A DNA stretch of 64,000 nt from a virus. Lineage: Duplodnaviria; Caudoviricetes. The notes under the pieces were generated by a model. It did no database searches. It was not told the origin of the DNA and saw only the letters and a program-made list of their open reading frames with translations. The position numbers were made by a program, and so were the translations under genes. The first letter of the stretch is position 1. The number at the start of each line of letters is the position of its first letter. The DNA is taken from positions 3,097 to 67,096 of the IMG/VR virus record IMGVR_UViG_3300029305_000181; one strand, 5' to 3'. Below are positions 1 through 8,091 of the stretch, in pieces.

Positions 1-2
1 TA

Positions 3-2288
3 ACCCGAGATGGTGGCGAGACTTTCGAAAAGAAGTTCCACTATCCCGAAAGCATGGACTCTAGTCGTATTAAGATTCGCTATAACGAAGAAGGCGGTCT
101 TGAAAAAGATGGTATTGTTGAAATAAGAAGAGGAGTTAACGACCTTTCCCTTGGCGAATCTAAATATTCTCAGGTTCGTATTCTTGTAGACGGTACACAT
201 TACATTAAGGGTATGGCAGTGTATTCTGACAACATGCCAGATGGTGTTGATGTTATCTTTAACACTAACAAGCATAGTGGTACTCCGATGACCAAGGTCC
301 TCAAAGAGATTAAGAAAGATCCCGATAATCCTTTCGGGTCTGCTATTAAGGATGCGGATCAGGGCGGTCAGTATTGGTATGACCCCAAAACCGGAAAGCA
401 TGTTAGTTCTAGTACACCTGGCGCTAAACTTGGCCTTATTAATAAGCGTGCTGATGAAGGCGATTGGAGTGAATGGAGTAATTCGCTCCCCTCTCAGTTC
501 TTAGCTAAGCAGAATCTTAGCCTTGCTAAGAAACAGCTTGGTATAGCCAAGGCCGATAAAGTAGCCGAGTATGAAGAGCTGTGTGCTCTTAATAATCCTA
601 CCATCAAAAAACATCTTCTTGCTAAGTTTGCCGATGAATGCGACTCCGCTGCCGTACATCTTAAGGCCGCCGCTCTTCCTGGTCAACAGTACCATGTTAT
701 AGCGCCTATTAATTCATTAAAGGATAATGAAGTATATGCACCTAATTATAAGGATGGCACTAAGTTAGCTCTTATCCGTTATCCTCATGGCGGTACTTTT
801 GAAATCCCAATCCTTACTGTAAATAATAAGAACGCGTTAGCGAAGGATATTTTAGGTACCGATACTGGCGATATTGTTGGTATTAGTAAAAAAAATGCAG
901 ACCGTTTATCTGGTGCGGACTTCGATGGCGATACCGTTATGTGTATTCCTACTCATAATGGTAAAGTCAAGATTACTTCTACCCCTCCTCTTAAAGGTCT
1001 TGAGAACTTCGAAGCGAAGGATATTTATGGCCCAGCTAGTTATGAAGGCAAGTCTGTTCGTTTAATGTCTAAGAAAGCTACCCAAACTCAAATGGGTATC
1101 ATTTCCAACCTTATTACCGATATGACTCTACATGGTGCTACTGATGATGAACTTGCTGCTGCTGTTAGACACAGTATGGTTGTTATTGATGCTGAAAAAC
1201 ATAAGCTTAACTATAAACAAAGTGAAATCGATAACAACATAGCGGCTCTTCATAAGAAGTACCAGGGTAAGTCTACTGGTGGCGCTTCTACTATTCTGTC
1301 TAAAGCCAAAGGCGAGTATTCTGTACCTAAGAGACAAGGCAGCCCTTATACAAACCTTAAAGGTAAAGAAGGATACGATCCTAACAGACCTGAGGGTGCT
1401 CTCATCTATAAGAAGGCTGACCCTGAGAATCTGTACAAACCAAAGTATACTACAAATAAGAAGACTGGTATTCGTACTTATACTACTATCGACGGGCAGA
1501 AGATTAAATTCGACCCCAACGATGCAGAAGCTAGAGCCGAGTATAGTCATGTTAAGAAAGTAAACAAAGATACTGGCGAAGTTACCTACACTAGTAAGAA
1601 TGGTAAGTACACCTATGCTTTGGAGGAGCGAACCCAAAAGAGCACTAAGATGGCAGAGACTGACGATGCATACACCCTGGTGTCTAAAGCTAGGCGTCCT
1701 ATGGAAATTGTCTATGCCGATTATGCTAATAGTATGAAGGCCCTGGCTAATCAAGCCCGTAAGGAAGTAGCTAGTACCGGTAGACTCGTGTACAACAAGA
1801 ATGCCGCCGCCACCTATAGTAAAGAAGTATCCTCCCTCAATGCTAAACTTAATACCGCCCTACTTAATACCACTAGGGAACGTGCCGCCCAGCGTCTTGC
1901 GAATGCTGACGTGCAAGCTAAACTGGACGCCGGTCAATTAGAAAAGGGTGATGTCAAGAAAGCAGGCCAAAGGGCACTTACTAAGTATAGGCAGGAAGTG
2001 GGCTCTGTCAATAGAAGAGACCGCAATATTAAGATCACAGACCGAGAATGGGAAGCTATTCAGGCCGGCGCTATTAGCGATAATACCCTTAAGAAGATAC
2101 TTAATAATGCAGACACCGATGTACTTAGACAGAGAGCTACACCTAGATCTACTACCACCCTTAGCACCGCCCAGATTAGTAGAGTTAAATCTATGCAAGC
2201 CCGAGGTTTAACACTAAGCCAGATGGCGGATAAACTTGGCGTATCTCCCACTACTGTATCTAACGCTTTGAAAGGAGTGAATGAATAA
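3..2288 (+). CDS. Single-subunit double-psi beta-barrel RNA polymerase-like protein (YonO / eukaryotic RdRP-related), 5'-truncated by the window edge, with C-terminal HTH
   Basis: GADFDGDT at nt 918-932 (DxDGD Mg-binding motif of two-barrel polymerases), upstream LIRYPH, C-terminal LSQMADKLGVSPTTVSNAL HTH. The frame is open from nt 3 (TRDGGETFEKKFHYPES) to the track's Met at 54. Confidence 0.75.
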   Translation, partial: TRDGGETFEKKFHYPESMDSSRIKIRYNEEGGLEKDGIVEIRRGVNDLSLGESKYSQVRILVDGTHYIKGMAVYSDNMPDGVDVIFNTNKHSGTPMTKVLKEIKKDPDNPFGSAIKDADQGGQYWYDPKTGKHVSSSTPGAKLGLINKRADEGDWSEWSNSLPSQFLAKQNLSLAKKQLGIAKADKVAEYEELCALNNPTIKKHLLAKFADECDSAAVHLKAAALPGQQYHVIAPINSLKDNEVYAPNYKDGTKLALIRYPHGGTFEIPILTVNNKNALAKDILGTDTGDIVGISKKNADRLSGADFDGDTVMCIPTHNGKVKITSTPPLKGLENFEAKDIYGPASYEGKSVRLMSKKATQTQMGIISNLITDMTLHGATDDELAAAVRHSMVVIDAEKHKLNYKQSEIDNNIAALHKKYQGKSTGGASTILSKAKGEYSVPKRQGSPYTNLKGKEGYDPNRPEGALIYKKADPENLYKPKYTTNKKTGIRTYTTIDGQKIKFDPNDAEARAEYSHVKKVNKDTGEVTYTSKNGKYTYALEERTQKSTKMAETDDAYTLVSKARRPMEIVYADYANSMKALANQARKEVASTGRLVYNKNAAATYSKEVSSLNAKLNTALLNTTRERAAQRLANADVQAKLDAGQLEKGDVKKAGQRALTKYRQEVGSVNRRDRNIKITDREWEAIQAGAISDNTLKKILNNADTDVLRQRATPRSTTTLSTAQISRVKSMQARGLTLSQMADKLGVSPTTVSNALKGVNE

Positions 2289-2548
2289 TGGCAAGCGATT
2301 GCATGCTTACTACTTATGACAATCCTTATGATCCGTTCGAACAGTTCACTCTTTGGTGGCTGTTCGATATAGAAAAAGGTTACAATTCTTGTAGTCGATT
2401 AGCAAGAATAGTTAATCTTTCTGATGACATGTCACAGCATGAGATCGACATTGAAACAGAAAGAGCAATTGATGAAATTATTAAATACGATTTCTTAGAT
2501 GTTTATAAGAAAGTAATTAAAAGTTCTAATGAAGAACCGATTAACTGA
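2288..2548 (+). CDS. Hypothetical protein (86 aa)
   Basis: SD AAGGAG upstream; start overlaps the RNAP stop. Confidence 0.7.
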   Translation: MASDCMLTTYDNPYDPFEQFTLWWLFDIEKGYNSCSRLARIVNLSDDMSQHEIDIETERAIDEIIKYDFLDVYKKVIKSSNEEPIN

Positions 2549-2671
2549 GGGAGTTAAACGAATAATGTACATTCCTGTATAAACATTCATCTAAGTTATG
2601 AGTTTAGTAATTAATCGAGCAATACAAAAACAATTAGTACATTAAAACTTATCTATGATGCATAAAGCATA

Positions 2672-2737
2672 GGGGAGGGGGTCGCAAAAAATACACCCCC
2701 TCCATACATCGCCGCCCTCCTAAATTTTTCTCCGGAG
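2672..2737. other. GC-rich hairpins upstream of the packaging module; possible genome-end/packaging site
   Basis: GGAGGGGGT(2674-2682)/ACCCCCTCC(2695-2703) and CCTCC/GGAGG stems in AT-rich intergenic DNA; function inferred from position only. Confidence 0.4.
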
Positions 2738-2760
2738 GGATATTTTTGAAAAGCATTTCG

Positions 2761-2917
2761 ACTTTAATAGCATATACGAGGGCTTACGAGGTTCGTGGTT
2801 GTGTCCATATTTCTCTCCACTCCTACCTTTTCTTTCTCTCTCCTTTCAAGTGATCTAAGAAGCGGCCTCGTAAGTCTTCTTATATGCTATTAAAGTTGTT
2901 AGAAAAGAGAGAGAAAG
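2761..2917 (+). repeat. 31-bp imperfect inverted repeat with loop/3' complementarity (candidate structured RNA)
   Basis: Arms 2761-2791 and 2866-2896 differ at 3 positions; loop 2832-2847 is complementary to 2902-2917 at 15/16 positions. Confidence 0.8.
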
Positions 2918-2961
2918 TATACGAAGACTATATTTGAAACTTAAGAAAGGAGGCAGTAAGT

Positions 2962-3297
2962 ATGGCGAAAGTAAAAGCGCCTGGTCCAACTAAGAAGATT
3001 AGACCCGCGTTATCTCCGGAAGCAAGACAGAATCAGTTGATATCTTTAGCTATTGATCTGGTAGAGCAGCGATTAATTGACGGAACTGCCTCTGCTCAGG
3101 AGACTGTGCATTTTCTAAAGCTCGCAACCCCAAAGTATAAGGTCGAGCAAGAAATTCTCGAGCGGGAGAAAGATTTAGTTAGCGCTAAGACTGAGGCTAT
3201 TAAGTCTACTGAAGAGCTTAAAGGGATTTATACCGAAGCGATTAAAGCTATGCGAAACTATAGCGGACAAGGTGATCCGGATGAGTACGAGAATTAA
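2962..3297 (+). CDS. Helical protein upstream of HNH; possible terminase small subunit
   Basis: SD AAGGAGG; position at the start of the packaging module; no diagnostic motif. Confidence 0.4.
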   Translation: MAKVKAPGPTKKIRPALSPEARQNQLISLAIDLVEQRLIDGTASAQETVHFLKLATPKYKVEQEILEREKDLVSAKTEAIKSTEELKGIYTEAIKAMRNYSGQGDPDEYEN

Positions 3298-3703
3298 AAG
3301 ATATTCTGAGCTGATACAATTACCAACTTTTAAAGAGCGCTATGAATACTTGAAACTTGATGGGCGAGTCGGTGAAGACACTTTCGGATTCGATCGTTAC
3401 CTCAATCAGATATTTTACCGTTCGCAAAAATGGAAGCGCATTCGTAATCAGGTAATCGTAAGAGACAATGGATGCGATCTTGGAATTGAAGGTTACGAAA
3501 TTAATGAGCGAATATTAATTCATCATATGAATCCGGTATCGCTTAAAGACGTCGAAGAAGAAACCGAATTTCTTTTAGATCCCGAGTATCTTATATCTAC
3601 AACTCACAATACTCACAACGCTATACACTACGGCGATTCGGGTCTACTCATTTTAGATCCGATTGTTAGAACAAAAAACGATACGTGTCCGTGGAGACAC
3701 TAA
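3281..3703 (+). CDS. HNH endonuclease (packaging-associated type)
   Basis: VRDNGCDLG...LIHHMNP...THNTHNAIH motifs; located before terL. Confidence 0.8.
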   Translation: MSTRIKRYSELIQLPTFKERYEYLKLDGRVGEDTFGFDRYLNQIFYRSQKWKRIRNQVIVRDNGCDLGIEGYEINERILIHHMNPVSLKDVEEETEFLLDPEYLISTTHNTHNAIHYGDSGLLILDPIVRTKNDTCPWRH

Positions 3704-3722
3704 AAATTTTTAGGAGGAAATT

Positions 3723-4085
3723 ATGAGTCACAAGAACTATAATAATTATTCCAAGCCTTATAGCCGTCCCGTTGAACCTGAAACTGTGATCGAGGAAGTC
3801 GAGACTATTCCGGTCGAGGAAACTCCCGAAGAGCCTTCCATGATCGAAGAGGCTCCCGTCGTTGAGTCCACTCCTATGATGGAAGTTACCGGCGTTGTTG
3901 TCGATTGCTCCAAGCTTAACATGCGATTCGAGCCTAGCTCTGATGCTGAGATTATGTGTACTCTGATTCGCGGCACCGAAGTGGTCATCGATGAAGCTGA
4001 GTCCACCGACGAGTTCTATGCAGTTTGCACTCCCGCCGGCATGGAAGGCTATTGTATGCGCAAGTACATTGAAGTCAATCCCTAA
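3723..4085 (+). CDS. Pro/Glu-rich N-terminus plus SH3b-like domain
   Basis: LNMRFEPSSDAEIMCTLIRGTEVVI...EGYCMRKYI resembles bacterial SH3 (LNVR...GWV) domains. Confidence 0.6.
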   Translation: MSHKNYNNYSKPYSRPVEPETVIEEVETIPVEETPEEPSMIEEAPVVESTPMMEVTGVVVDCSKLNMRFEPSSDAEIMCTLIRGTEVVIDEAESTDEFYAVCTPAGMEGYCMRKYIEVNP

Positions 4086-4096
4086 GGAGATTAATT

Positions 4097-4663
4097 ATGA
4101 CTAGTATACTGACATCAACTAAGAAACTTGCCGGTATGACAGAAGAGTACAAAGCCTACGACGATCAAATCATCATGTACATCAACAGTACGCTTCTCAG
4201 ATTAAAGCAGATTGGTGTCGGTCCTTCTGAAGGTTTTGTAGTTACCGGCTCTAGTGAAACCTGGGAACAGTTTATTCCTTATGATAAGTTTCTTCGTGAA
4301 TCGACTAAGGCATACATGGGCGCCAAGGTCCGAATGCAGTTCGATCCGCCTTCTGCCTCTTCTGCGCTAGAAGCGCTTAAGCAGATGATTAGCGAATACG
4401 AGTGGTGCCTTAATGCTGAAGCGGAAACTAAGATCATTGAATCTAGTCCCGAAGGTAAGACTATGGTCGGTATCGTTGTAGATTGTGTGAAGCTGGTTAT
4501 TCGAGTTAAGCCTGATCCTGATGCTGAAATCATAGGAGACATTCCTAAGGGAGCTCAGGTGATCATCAATGAAGATGAGTCGAATTCCGAGTTCTACATG
4601 GTGGTAACTTCTTCCGGTCTTAAGGGTTACTGTGATAAGGATTACATCGAGATTAAAACTTAA
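4097..4663 (+). CDS. Head-tail connector/adaptor-like protein fused to a C-terminal SH3b-like domain
   Basis: N-terminal SILTSTKKL...DDQIIMYIN...LKQIGVGP...VRMQFDPP helical adaptor pattern; C-terminus paralogous to 3723-4085. Confidence 0.55.
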   Translation: MTSILTSTKKLAGMTEEYKAYDDQIIMYINSTLLRLKQIGVGPSEGFVVTGSSETWEQFIPYDKFLRESTKAYMGAKVRMQFDPPSASSALEALKQMISEYEWCLNAEAETKIIESSPEGKTMVGIVVDCVKLVIRVKPDPDAEIIGDIPKGAQVIINEDESNSEFYMVVTSSGLKGYCDKDYIEIKT

Positions 4664-4668
4664 AAAGA

Positions 4669-5795
4669 AAGGAGGAATTCAAAATGGCGAACATTATTCC
4701 TATCGAGGTCAAGAAGACATGTTGTGATATGTTCGCAAGTGGGACCTCCTTAAGAGAAATCTATGATGATTACTTCGTCAACCAGTTTGATATTCCTCAA
4801 TCGTATAAAGCTTTTACAACTTCTATAAAGCGTTGGATGGATAAGAAGTATACAGAAGATCTCACTCTTGAGAAGGGTACTTATGAAGGCTTCATCGCTC
4901 ATGATGCTACGGTCCAGGTTAGCAAGGATGGCGAGATAATCCAGGCATGGATTAAGCAGCGAGCGGGAGACATTGATCTTGAGGAATTCCTGACCGGTGT
5001 CCGTGAAGCGGTCGAACCTTATGAGTATTCCGAGAAGACTTTCGAATCTTCTGACAGAATGCTCGAGATTCCTCTGTTCGATATGCATTGGGGTATAGCC
5101 TTTATGGATTACTATGAGCCGGTGCTTAATGAGATTCTCGGCATCATCAAAAGTCGGCACTGGGATTGCATCGTGATTCCTTTCGGTCAGGACTTCTTCC
5201 ACAATGACAGCATTGTAAATGGACAGACTACCAAGGGTACTGTAATTGAAAAAGTTGATATGGTTAGAGCCGTACGAGATGGCAAGCAGTTTATGTATGC
5301 TATCATCGATGCGGCTCTTTCTCATTCCAGCGAAGTGTCGGTTATGTACACCGCCGGTAACCATGACCGAAGCATCTCGTGGATGTTTGTCCAGGTGCTG
5401 CTCGAGCGCTATGGTAGCATCATTGTCGACGACTCTATTACTAATAGAAAAGTCGTAAGCTATGGCAAGAATGCTATCATGGTGACTCATGGCGATTCGA
5501 AGCAGGCTACTCCTAAGAATCTCGCTCAGATCTTCCCCGTTAGTTTCCCTACCGAGTTTGCTAATGCGACTGTTCGAGAGGTTCATGCGGGTCATCTTCA
5601 TCGTGAAGCTGAGTCTGACATTCATGGAGTTATGATCCGCAGACTGTCTACAGGCAGTAAGACCGATGAGTGGTCTGATAAGGAAGATTTCGTCGGTTCA
5701 CATAAAAGATTTATGCTGTTCGAATGGGATCTGAACAAGCTTAAATCCATCCATTACATATGAACATTCTCAGGGGAAGGAGGAATTCAAAATGG
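4669..5795 (+). repeat. 19-bp perfect direct repeats AAGGAGGAATTCAAAATGG flanking the phosphoesterase gene
   Basis: Copies at 4669-4687 and 5777-5795. Confidence 0.9.
4684..5763 (+). CDS. Calcineurin-like metallophosphoesterase
   Basis: Motifs DMHWG, GQDFFH, AGNHD, THGD, GHLH in canonical order. Confidence 0.85.
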   Translation: MANIIPIEVKKTCCDMFASGTSLREIYDDYFVNQFDIPQSYKAFTTSIKRWMDKKYTEDLTLEKGTYEGFIAHDATVQVSKDGEIIQAWIKQRAGDIDLEEFLTGVREAVEPYEYSEKTFESSDRMLEIPLFDMHWGIAFMDYYEPVLNEILGIIKSRHWDCIVIPFGQDFFHNDSIVNGQTTKGTVIEKVDMVRAVRDGKQFMYAIIDAALSHSSEVSVMYTAGNHDRSISWMFVQVLLERYGSIIVDDSITNRKVVSYGKNAIMVTHGDSKQATPKNLAQIFPVSFPTEFANATVREVHAGHLHREAESDIHGVMIRRLSTGSKTDEWSDKEDFVGSHKRFMLFEWDLNKLKSIHYI

Positions 5796-6304
5796 AGTAT
5801 GAATTATACCATCACGGTATCAAAGGCATGAAGTGGGGCGTTAGACGTTATCAGAACAAGGATGGCTCTCTGACCCCGGCTGGTAGAAAGCGCTACGATC
5901 GCGATATTAGCGAGAATAATGCTAAGAAGAAAGATAATCGCATTGTCATAGACGGCCCCGATGCTCGTCGTTGGGTTAAAGAAGATATTAGTAGAACTAA
6001 GAAAGTAGTAGATTCTACTTCCGATATGACTCGGCAGCTTAAGAACATCGAAAGTAGTACCAGAGGATCTTCTAAAAAACAAAAGCTGGATCTTAGTGGC
6101 ATGAGTGATCAGGAGCTTAGAGATCGTATTAATCGTGCCAATCTCGAGCGACAGTATAATGACTTATTCGCTCCGGAGCAAGCTCCTAAAATTTCTAAAG
6201 GCAGAGAGGTAGCTAGTTCTATACTCGATACCGCTGGCACTGTTCTTGCGGTTGGCAGCTCTGCTTTAGCTATAGCTCTTGCTATTAAGGAACTTAAGGG
6301 GTGA
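5792..6304 (+). CDS. HHGIKGMKWGVRR-leader protein 1 (DUF7211-like), hydrophobic C-terminal helix
   Basis: N-terminal YELYHHGIKGMKWGVRRYQNKDGSLTPAGRKRY. Confidence 0.75.
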   Translation: MEYELYHHGIKGMKWGVRRYQNKDGSLTPAGRKRYDRDISENNAKKKDNRIVIDGPDARRWVKEDISRTKKVVDSTSDMTRQLKNIESSTRGSSKKQKLDLSGMSDQELRDRINRANLERQYNDLFAPEQAPKISKGREVASSILDTAGTVLAVGSSALAIALAIKELKG

Positions 6305-6311
6305 ACCCAAA

Positions 6312-8078
6312 ATGGCATTATCAAACACTGCCACCCCGAAATACTATGGCATGTTTCGTGATGCCGTAATTCGAGGTGAAATACCTGTATGCGAAACCGT
6401 CTCTATGGAGATGAACCGAATAGATGCTCTAATCGCTAACCCTGGAATTTGGTATGACGACCAAGCTATCCAGGGTTTTGTTAATTTCTGCGAGAACGAG
6501 CTCACTCTTACTGATGGCTCAGACTTGCGGTTACTTGACACATTCAAGTTATGGGCAGAGCAGATATTCGGATGGTACTACTTTGTAGACCGAAGCGTAT
6601 ACGTACCCGATCCTAGCGGTCATGGCGGCCGTTATGTGAAGAAAACTATCAAGAAGAGACTTGTAAACAAGCAGTATCTTATCGTTGCTCGTGGTGCTGC
6701 TAAGTCTATGTATGCATCTTGTATTCAGAATTTCTTTCTGAACATCAACACTGCTACTACGCATCAGATTACTACTGCGCCTACTATGAAACAGGCGGAA
6801 GAGGTATTGTCGCCCATTCGTACTGCTATCACTCGAGCTAGAGGGCCTTTGTTCAAATTCTTAACTGAGGGTTCTCTCCAGAATACTACCGGTTCCAGAG
6901 CCGAACGTATGAAACTCGCTTCTACTAAGAAGGGTATTGAAAACTTCCTTACTAATTCTCTATTAGAGATTCGCCCCATGTCTATCGATAAGCTTCAGGG
7001 CTTACAGGTCAAGTGCGCCACGGTTGATGAATGGCTTTCTGGCGACATTAAGGAAGATCCTATTGGCGCTCTCGAACAGGGTGCCACCAAGGAACAGGGC
7101 GGTGCCGACCAGGACAACGACTATCTGATCGTTGCTATTAGTTCCGAAGGTACTGTCCGAAACGGATGCGGCGATACAATCAAAATGGAGTTAATGGACA
7201 TTCTCAAAGGAGAATACCAGAATCCTCACGTCTCTATCTGGTGGTACAAGCTCGATTCTATCGATGAAGTAGCGGAGCCCGAGATGTGGCTTAAAGCTAA
7301 TCCGAATCTTGGTAAGACTGTTAGCTATGAAACTTACCAGCTCGATGTCGAGCGAGCTGAGAAAGCACCTGCTGTCAGAAACGATATTCTGGCTAAACGA
7401 TTCGGTATCCCGATGGAAGGTTATACATATTACTTCACTTATGAAGAAACCCTTCCGCATCGAAAAAAAGAGTTCTGGGGTATGCCGTGTGCACTTGGCG
7501 CCGACCTTTCGCAAGGCGACGACTTCTGTGCGTTCACGTTTATGTTCCCATTAACGAATGGATCGTTTGGCATAAAGACTCGAAACTATATCACTTCCAA
7601 TACTCTTATGAAACTCCCTTCGGCAATGCGTATGAAATACGACCAATTTGTCAAAGAAGGTAGTCTGATAGTTCTCGAAGGAACCGTGTTGGACATGATG
7701 GAAGTTTACGAGGATCTTGATGACCATATTGTTCGAACCGAATACGATGTTCGTTGCTTCGGTTACGACCCATATAACGCCCAAGCATTTGTTAAACGTT
7801 GGGTTGACGAGAATGGCCCATTTGGTGTCGAGAAAGTTATTCAGGGTGCTAAAACGGAGTCTGTACCTCTCGGCGAATTGAAGAAACTTTCTGAAGAGAG
7901 AATGCTCTTGTTTGATGAAGAGCTTATGACCTTTGCAATGGGCAACTGTATCACTCTCGAAGATACAAATGGTAACCGTAAACTTTGGAAGAAGCGATAT
8001 GATCAGAAGATCGACGCCGTTGCCGCTATGATGGATGCTTATGTCGCTTACAAACTTAATAAAGACGCCTTTGAGTAA
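6312..8078 (+). CDS. terL: Terminase large subunit
   Basis: Walker A VARGAAKS, Walker B ATVDEW, nuclease GADLS...KIDAVAAMMDA; start reassigned to MALSNT at 6312. Confidence 0.92.
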   Translation: MALSNTATPKYYGMFRDAVIRGEIPVCETVSMEMNRIDALIANPGIWYDDQAIQGFVNFCENELTLTDGSDLRLLDTFKLWAEQIFGWYYFVDRSVYVPDPSGHGGRYVKKTIKKRLVNKQYLIVARGAAKSMYASCIQNFFLNINTATTHQITTAPTMKQAEEVLSPIRTAITRARGPLFKFLTEGSLQNTTGSRAERMKLASTKKGIENFLTNSLLEIRPMSIDKLQGLQVKCATVDEWLSGDIKEDPIGALEQGATKEQGGADQDNDYLIVAISSEGTVRNGCGDTIKMELMDILKGEYQNPHVSIWWYKLDSIDEVAEPEMWLKANPNLGKTVSYETYQLDVERAEKAPAVRNDILAKRFGIPMEGYTYYFTYEETLPHRKKEFWGMPCALGADLSQGDDFCAFTFMFPLTNGSFGIKTRNYITSNTLMKLPSAMRMKYDQFVKEGSLIVLEGTVLDMMEVYEDLDDHIVRTEYDVRCFGYDPYNAQAFVKRWVDENGPFGVEKVIQGAKTESVPLGELKKLSEERMLLFDEELMTFAMGNCITLEDTNGNRKLWKKRYDQKIDAVAAMMDAYVAYKLNKDAFE

Positions 8079-8091
8079 GGAGGTGAGCGAT

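Noticed and set aside
3-2288. RNA-virus or true RNA-dependent RNA polymerase
   Set aside because: The context is a dsDNA tailed phage. The motif is the two-barrel DFDGD, not the palm GDD of RNA-virus enzymes. Template specificity remains untested.
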